From a virus, in the IMG/VR virus record IMGVR_UViG_3300023179_000041, positions 42,279 through 106,278 of that record: a stretch of 64,000 nucleotides of DNA; one strand, 5' to 3'. The notes beneath the pieces are model-generated. The model saw only the letters and a list, made by a program, of their open reading frames with translations, ran no database searches and had not been told where the DNA came from. The translations under genes and the position numbers were made by a program. Positions 58,594 to 64,000 of the stretch are shown here, piece by piece (position 1 is the stretch's first letter; every line of letters begins with the position of its first letter).

Positions 58594-58673
58594 CCCGTGC
58601 GCCAGAGGCCGCGGCGGGCGGCGAGGCACGCGCAGAGGGCGGAGAGCGTCTCCCACCTCTCCCGTCTATTATT

Positions 58674-58702
58674 ATTGTATCACACAGCGAGAGAAAAAAC
58701 AA
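58674..58702 (-). promoter_or_regulatory. leftward promoter (also 59695-59723 and 61285-61313)
   Basis: TTG...-17-TACAMT with TG extension on the minus strand. Confidence 0.7.
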
Positions 58703-58819
58703 CCTGAGCCGGCAAAAAGTTTCTGAAGTTTCTGCCCGAATAGGTTGCGAAGTGTCTAACAATCTGGCATAATTGAGTTAGTAGGGAAACCGAAGTACCT
58801 ACGAGAGAGAGGTAATGAA

Positions 58820-59110
58820 GTGAGTTATTACAAACTGCCGAGAGGCGCAAAGCGCACGAGCGAGTGGGCTGAGGTATCCAGCGAGGCTTACCCTACGGGG
58901 TGGGCTTACGACGAGATTACCAAAGTCACCTACGAAGCCGAAGTGACCTACGACGATGGCATAAAGGCAAACGCCGTTATGGTGGAGTTGTACCACAAAG
59001 GCAAGCGTGTCTATCGGCAAGCGTTCTACGGCGAGACAGCCGACAGCGACGCTTGGCGAGAGAGTGGCGACGCCCTCAACAAGTTGGCAATGGCAACGCC
59101 AACCGCATAG
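58820..59110 (+). CDS. small hypothetical protein
   Basis: GAGGT SD; FYGETA.SDA.R. Confidence 0.65.
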   Translation: MSYYKLPRGAKRTSEWAEVSSEAYPTGWAYDEITKVTYEAEVTYDDGIKANAVMVELYHKGKRVYRQAFYGETADSDAWRESGDALNKLAMATPTA

Positions 59111-59287
59111 GTCGTGAGAGCACGGCGGGGTTCAACCTCCTTCCCCCGCCGTGCCAGACCTCTCCCGCCAAAGGCCGGGAATAGGGGCTGACGAAAAAAA
59201 GTTGGGAATGAGTTGCGAAGTTATCGAGAGTGTGATACACTAATAGTAGTGGGGCAACCGCACCACTAGACCAAGGAAGGAAACACA

Positions 59288-59479
59288 ATGAGTACCCACA
59301 TCTACCACAACCTCAAAGCGGAGGGTGTCGTCGTAGAAATGCGAAACGGCACACTTGTTATCGAAATGCGCGAGGGAGACAAGTGGACTTGGCTGAACAT
59401 TACGGGCGAAATCGTAGAAATCGCTCGCAAGTTGGGCAACCCAACCGTCAAGGCAAAGCCAGAAACGGTAAACGCCTAA
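59288..59479 (+). CDS. small hypothetical protein
   Basis: promoter and AAGGAAGG SD. Confidence 0.65.
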   Translation: MSTHIYHNLKAEGVVVEMRNGTLVIEMREGDKWTWLNITGEIVEIARKLGNPTVKAKPETVNA

Positions 59480-59832
59480 GAGCGCAAGTGGGCTGAGGGG
59501 GACGAGAAGTGCCCCCTCGGCTCAATGCTCACGGCCGGGAGCCCAAGGGAACGCCTAGCGCAAATAAATCCAATTATCAGGAAACACCATATTTTGGGCG
59601 GCCGGGAGCAGGAGCAGTCTGAGGCGCGCGGGAAAAGACAAGAGGGGGGAGGGCTAGGGCTCTCCCGTGTCGCCTGCCTTGCCCTACTACTATCAGTGTA
59701 TCACACTCCGACGGAAAAAGCAACCTCAAAAAGAAAAATAAGTTTCTGCCCGAATAGGTTGACAAATGTCTAACAGCGTGCCTATAATGTAGTTGTAGGG
59801 AAAAAGAAGTACCTACAGAAAGAGGTAATGAA

Positions 59833-60093
59833 ATGAAAGTCCTTATCGGCGCCGAGACCCCAGAAAGCACGGCTATCGCAAAGTGGCACTATTCCACTGA
59901 AGACGAGGCTGGCACTATGGGCGCTCTCTTTATCACTTTCACGAATGGAAGCGTGTACGGCTACCCCAACTGCCCACTGACTATGGCACTCGCTATGGCA
60001 CAGCAGGCAAGCGTTGGTCGCTACTTCGCCCACACCGTGAAGCCCTACTTTGGCGAGAACTTCGTCAAGGTTGGCGAACAGGTGAACGCCTAA
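59833..60093 (+). CDS. KTSC domain protein
   Basis: STAI...Y...L.ITF.NG..Y.Y...SVGRYF...VK; consensus TTGACA/TATAAT promoter. Confidence 0.7.
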   Translation: MKVLIGAETPESTAIAKWHYSTEDEAGTMGALFITFTNGSVYGYPNCPLTMALAMAQQASVGRYFAHTVKPYFGENFVKVGEQVNA

Positions 60094-60237
60094 GACCCTC
60101 GCTAGTGGTGGGGCGCAAGCCCCACCACAACAGCGAAGCCGCTGGGGCAGAAATCGTAGATGGAGTTGCGAAACCGCGATAGATGTGATACAATAAGAGT
60201 GTAGGGAAAAAGAAGTACCTACAAGAGAGAGGTAAAA

Positions 60238-60483
60238 ATGAGACACAAAGGAACAGTGGCAAGCGCCGAAGTGGTGCTGAGCCCAACAATGGAATACGGA
60301 GTACGGACAGAGTGGGCAGTTGCCTTACACTTCCAAAGCCCGACGGGTGACGCCTCGGACTTTATGGTGCGAGAGTTGCCCTGCCTGAACCGTGAACAGG
60401 CAGTGATTATCGCAGACAAGTGGAATAGCGAAGTTTGCCCAGAGTTAGTGGGCAGGTTCGCAGTCTCCGACTTGGTGAACTGA
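60238..60483 (+). CDS. small hypothetical protein
   Basis: promoter, SD and 3' hairpin. Confidence 0.65.
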   Translation: MRHKGTVASAEVVLSPTMEYGVRTEWAVALHFQSPTGDASDFMVRELPCLNREQAVIIADKWNSEVCPELVGRFAVSDLVN

Positions 60484-60609
60484 AAACGGCGTAAGGCTGG
60501 TGGGGCGCTCCCCCCACCAGCCGAGCCGCTGGGGCAGAACTCTAAAAATCTTTGCGAAAGAGTTGCGAAACCTCGCAGAGTGTGATACACTATTCTTATG
60601 GAGGTAAAG

Positions 60610-60744
60610 ATGAAAAAGCAAAAGAGCAAGCGCAAGGGCTGGAACTCAGCCGATAGGCAAGCGTTCGCCGACGGGCTTCGCACCCGTGCGGTGACTATCC
60701 ACCACAAGCGCAAGCCTGCGCCTGACCGCCGAGAGTGGGACTGA
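60610..60744 (+). CDS. small basic protein (44 aa)
   Basis: GGAGG SD; below cutoff. Confidence 0.55.
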   Translation: MKKQKSKRKGWNSADRQAFADGLRTRAVTIHHKRKPAPDRREWD

Positions 60745-60894
60745 CCCACCCAGGGCGGCGGGCAACCTAGGGCGCGCGGGCGGCGGAGGCCGCGGCGGGC
60801 AAAACTTTGCGCCGCAGGTTGCGAAATAGAAGTAGTTGTGATACACTAGAAGTAGTGGGGCAACCGCCTCACACAACACAAAGGAGAAAGAACA

Positions 60895-61137
60895 ATGGAT
60901 ACAATGACCGAGGGTGAGATAGCGCAGCAGAAGGCGAATGAAGTCAAGTTCATTCTGCGCCGACTGATTGACCAAGTAGAGGCAGCCGAAGCGGAGGCAG
61001 CCGACACGCCCCACGACGAAGAAAAGAGCAGCCTCATTCAGGGTGCACTGAGGGTCGTACAGCGACGTTGCAGCAACCTCGCCTACGACATTGTGTACGC
61101 ATACGGAACGCTGCTCAACACGCAAGAAGCAAAGTAG
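60895..61137 (+). CDS. small helical protein
   Basis: promoter and AAGGAG SD. Confidence 0.65.
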   Translation: MDTMTEGEIAQQKANEVKFILRRLIDQVEAAEAEAADTPHDEEKSSLIQGALRVVQRRCSNLAYDIVYAYGTLLNTQEAK

Positions 61138-61394
61138 TCCCGAGGGGGGAGGGCGACCTCCCCCACAAGGGGCGGCCAGGGGCCGCGCGGGGCGCGGCGG
61201 GCAACCCAGGGCGAAGAGGGGCGCGCGGGCTGCCACTTGCCGGAGAGGGGCGCGAGCCGTCTCCTACCCCACCCCTACAATAATAGTGTATCACAGACTG
61301 ACGCAAAAAGCAACCTCAAACAAAAAATAAAAAATGCTCAGGAAGTTGCGAAACCTTGCGAAGTGTGATACAGTATTAGTAGGAGGAAAACACA

Positions 61395-61646
61395 ATGAAC
61401 ATCGGACAACTAGCAACGGCACACATTCGCAACGGCGGAACCGCTAAGGCTTCGTCGTGGCGTGCTTATCAGGGCGAGAAGGTACGAGAAATCTACCACT
61501 ACACCACCTTGATGGCGAAGGTCGAAGGCAAGACCCTCACCAAGGTAAGTGAAGGTTGGGGCTCAGTCACCGATAAGCAAGGCTGGCGAAAACTGAGCAA
61601 CGCTGCCCGAAATGCAGGGTTCACCGTGAACGAGTTGCAAAACTAA
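61395..61646 (+). CDS. small hypothetical protein
   Basis: AGGAGG SD; HY.T.M...GWGS.TDKQG. Confidence 0.7.
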   Translation: MNIGQLATAHIRNGGTAKASSWRAYQGEKVREIYHYTTLMAKVEGKTLTKVSEGWGSVTDKQGWRKLSNAARNAGFTVNELQN

Positions 61647-61670
61647 TAGAAGTGTGATACAATAGGACTA

Positions 61671-61734
61671 GAGTGGTTGGGGCGGGCTAAACCGGCTGCG
61701 GAACAGAGGCGTCGTGCTCTCGCCTCAACCACTC
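61671..61734 (+). ncRNA. candidate ~65-nt hairpin RNA
   Basis: own promoter; 16-bp stem with two G-U pairs; no ORF. Confidence 0.55.
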
Positions 61735-61777
61735 ACAGAAAGTTGCAAAACCAAGGGAAATCTGTTATACTAAAGAT

Positions 61778-61892
61778 GATGCAAAGCGAGCCCGAAGGTA
61801 TTCGTACCTTCACCAAAGGGTTAGCCGAGCACCCTCGCTGAACAACCGAAACCCCCAGCCGCAAGGGCGTAGGCAGCGTTGATTGAGAAGGC
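61778..61892 (+). ncRNA. candidate structured RNA with UUCG and GCAA tetraloops
   Basis: own promoter; GAAGGTA-TTCG-TACCTTC inside AGCGAG/CTCGCT. Confidence 0.5.
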
Positions 61893-61949
61893 CACGCAGG
61901 GTAGTTGCAAAACACTACCCTGCGTGTTATACTAAAAACAGGAGGAAAA

Positions 61950-62096
61950 ATGACACCGAGAGAACAAAACAGACTAAACCGAGAGAACCACGAGAGGGTA
62001 GAAATCTTCGACTGGGCGCTCGACATTGACCTAAACGAGGACTTCGCCAAATGGGCAGAGGAACTTCGGAGGGCTCTGGAGAGCGACGAGGACTGA
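61950..62096 (+). CDS. small acidic protein (48 aa)
   Basis: AGGAGG SD. Confidence 0.6.
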   Translation: MTPREQNRLNRENHERVEIFDWALDIDLNEDFAKWAEELRRALESDED

Positions 62097-62197
62097 CCTG
62101 CGAGCAGGGGCAGACCAGCCCCGAAGGAACGCTTTGCGCAAAAATAAATCCGAACATTCTGGAACACCATATTTTGGGCAGCCGGAGGCAAAAGTGA

Positions 62198-62302
62198 AAG
62201 TTCGCACTTTCACAAGGTCGCGGGTTTGTTAGGTCAGCCTAACACGCTCGTCACTCTCCGTGACTGCCGACCACCTAGGGTGTTGTGTTACAGTTGTGTT
62301 AC
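62198..62302. promoter_or_regulatory. string of Rex-like, IdeR/DtxR-like, BldD-like and GTnAC-n6-GTnAC boxes
   Basis: AAGTTCGCACTTTCACAA; TTAGGTCAGCCTAAC; GTCACTCTCCGTGAC; GTTACAGTTGTGTTAC. Confidence 0.55.
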
Positions 62303-62353
62303 AAATGGTCGTAGAAGTTGCGAAGTGTCTAACAATAGTGTACCCTTGTATTA

Positions 62354-62620
62354 GTGGCGAAAACGAAGTACCCACTAAGGAAGGTTACCGAAGTGCTCAC
62401 TATCCACCCAACACCAGCCAACGCTACGGCTTGGCTTCGTGATAACGCCCGTAAGGGTGCTATGAAGTACACCATCAACGGCTTGACCGTCTTCGTGACG
62501 GGTGCCAAAGTCACCTACGGCGACCCCGACAAAGGCACCGAGCAGTGGCCGTTGTTCGCCCCGACCCACGCATTGGGCAAGGCGTACACCGACACCAGCA
62601 CGAAGCCCCAAATCGACTAG
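62354..62620 (+). CDS. small hypothetical protein (start uncertain)
   Basis: follows promoter at 62318. Confidence 0.5.
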   Translation: MAKTKYPLRKVTEVLTIHPTPANATAWLRDNARKGAMKYTINGLTVFVTGAKVTYGDPDKGTEQWPLFAPTHALGKAYTDTSTKPQID

Positions 62621-62666
62621 GTGTATCAAAGGGGTGTAACACAGTTTCGTAACTGTGTTACACCCC

Positions 62667-62696
62667 TGAACACTTGTTCGCCCGAACACGCGTTCG
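62667..62696. promoter_or_regulatory. tandem LexA (SOS) boxes
   Basis: GAAC-ACTT-GTTC and GAAC-ACGC-GTTC. Confidence 0.65.
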
Positions 62697-63038
62697 CAGG
62701 GGCAGAAATCGCCTGCGGGCGCAGTCTGCGAGTAGTGTCTAACAGCCCACCAGACGCAATAGGAAGCCCCCAGAGCGTTCGTTTCCAAAAGCCTTGACTA
62801 AGGGCAAGGTTTGTAAAACGCTCGCCACAAGGGCAGCCTAAACGCTTGTATTACACTCAGGCAACCACGCTCAGAAGACCCACCACACGCACCCGAGAGC
62901 CCCCAGAGCGTCGCAAACAAAAAGCCTTGACTAAGGGCTTATTTCTCTCAGCGAGGCGCGCCAGGGCGTTCTAAAAAAATCTTCGTCAGAAGTTGCGAAG
63001 CGTTGCCAAGTGTGATACACTGATAGCAGGAGGAAAAA

Positions 63039-63260
63039 ATGGAAACCCAAACAGAAACCCCAGAACAGAAAGCCCACTTAGACAGCAAGGTCTATAGCGG
63101 GACAGACGCTTGGCTGCTCGGCTGCCTAGACAAGGTAGGGGAAATTACCTACCGTGAGGCACTCGCAGCATTCCACGCCCGCGAGCAGGCAAAGGCGAAA
63201 ATGGCAGCAGCCACTATCGCCCTCGCTCAGGAAATACTGAGCCCGAGCCCGCGAGCCTAA
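63039..63260 (+). CDS. small hypothetical protein
   Basis: promoter and AGGAGG SD. Confidence 0.65.
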   Translation: METQTETPEQKAHLDSKVYSGTDAWLLGCLDKVGEITYREALAAFHAREQAKAKMAAATIALAQEILSPSPRA

Positions 63261-63379
63261 GGGCAAGACCCACGTGGGGGAGGGCAACCTCCCCCACCAA
63301 GGGATTCGCAGGGGCAGAACTTGCCCCGCTGAGTTGCAAGATTACCAATAGTGTGATACACTGATAACAGGAGGAAAAA

Positions 63380-63532
63380 ATGGAAACCGAAACCCAAGGA
63401 CATATCTGGACACAGACCGACGAGGAGAGCGTTCGCTGCGCCAAGTGCGACGCTCGCTACGGCGGGAAGTGGCACAACCTGCCGTGCGGTACCGACGGCA
63501 CCGACATTCACCTACTTGACATCGTTGAGTAA
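63380..63532 (+). CDS. small Zn-binding protein (50 aa), similar to 55674-55940
   Basis: H.W...CxxCDA...LPCGT. Confidence 0.6.
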   Translation: METETQGHIWTQTDEESVRCAKCDARYGGKWHNLPCGTDGTDIHLLDIVE

Positions 63533-63654
63533 GTGAGGTTCGCCCAAAGGGGGAGGGCAACCTCCCCCGAAGGGGCGGTCAGGGGCAGAACTTGCCCCGC
63601 GGAGTTGCAATCTGTCTAACACTATGCTATACTAGAACCAAGGAGGGAAAACCA

Positions 63655-63876
63655 ATGAACAACGAAATCGCACCCGAGGAAATGGAAACCGAGCAAAAGT
63701 GGGAAGAAACGCCCTATTGCTTCGTGTGCAGTCGCTGCACCTGCCACATAGGTGAGCACGAGGACGAGGTAGCCGCAGGGCTCGCCGAGTACCGCGAGGG
63801 CTTGTATGTGGACTGGCGCGAGGGCGTCACCCGCGAGCAGGTAGAGGCGTTCTACGCCGCCCAGCGCGCGGGGTGA
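63655..63876 (+). CDS. small Cys/His protein
   Basis: AAGGAGG SD; CxxC.R.T.H..EH. Confidence 0.65.
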   Translation: MNNEIAPEEMETEQKWEETPYCFVCSRCTCHIGEHEDEVAAGLAEYREGLYVDWREGVTREQVEAFYAAQRAG

Positions 63877-64000
63877 GGGTCGCCCCGAGGGGGAGGGTGT
63901 GAGCCCGCGGAAGCGGGTTTCGGAAACACCCAACCCCAAGGGTCGACAGGGGCAAAACTTGTTTCGAGGAGTTGCAAAACATCGAGAAGTGTGATACACT

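Larger units (their letters stand above)
39143..62194 (+). repeat. dispersed ~70-bp polar repeat, 11 copies (39143, 40060, 42664, 47587, 49575, 51031, 53549, 54666, 57390, 59542, 62120)
   Basis: consensus CCCAAGGGAACGGC-N~9-AAATAAAWCCATT-N~5-GGAACACCATWTTTTGGG-N-GRGGCARAA, all on + strand; first two copies lack CCCAAG. Confidence 0.95.
40204..64000 (+). promoter_or_regulatory. array of about 40 sigma70/SigA-type promoters, consensus rGTTGCRA-N~16-TGnTACAMT
   Basis: -35 hexamers at e.g. 42951, 43547, 44144, 44801, 45467, 46285, 47716, 48386, 49804, 51256, 51531, 52135, 52604, 52792, 53727, 54135, 55602, 55902, 56039, 56366, 57131, 58241, 59213, 59759, 60166, 60563, 60819, 61346, 61635, 61743, 61905, 62993, 63334, 63605, 63972; almost all with 17-bp spacer. 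Confidence 0.95.

Noticed and set aside
39143-62194. 70-bp repeats as a CRISPR array
   Set aside because: Copies are kilobases apart, separated by genes, degenerate, and no cas genes are present.
39143-62194. 70-bp repeats or 3' hairpins as integron attC sites
   Set aside because: The 70-bp element is not palindromic, the hairpins lack attC R/L box structure, and no integrase is in the window.
1-64000. tRNA/rRNA genes and stop-codon reassignment
   Set aside because: No cloverleaf recognised by eye (a tRNA scan is still advisable); long genes are intact and all three stop codons end genes normally.

Overview
This 64-kb window is part of a large tailed (siphovirus-like) phage. The host is most likely actinobacterial, based on a WhiB gene, many leaderless genes and actinobacterial-type operator boxes; no capsid, terminase or polymerase gene lies in the window. 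Layout: 1-13 kb has Gly-rich tail-fibre/adhesin genes (one with a 23-His insert), three 2OG-Fe(II) oxygenases, a flavin-dependent halogenase, two GT4 glycosyltransferases and a mucin-like membrane protein. 13-28.5 kb has an SNF2 helicase, holins/endolysin and the tail module. 28.5-40 kb has recombination/replication genes, a ParB-ParB / ParB-methyltransferase / CmoA-like cluster (candidate DNA carboxymethylation), RusA-like nuclease, WhiB, AdoMetDC and two HExxH proteins. 40-64 kb is an early-type region of about 55 small genes under roughly 40 near-identical sigma70-type promoters. The least explained signal is non-coding and lies in this last region. (i) Five GC hairpins have loops that are anti-Shine-Dalgarno sequences, two loci with their own ORF-less promoters. 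(ii) Eleven co-oriented copies of a ~70-bp element are often followed by mix-and-match strings of Rex-, IdeR/DtxR-, BldD- and GTnAC-type boxes; SOS and DnaA boxes also occur. (iii) Several structured ncRNA candidates occur, three behind their own promoters. (iv) An iteron origin-like block lies 16 kb from the initiator gene. All calls are by eye from sequence motifs; no database search was run.
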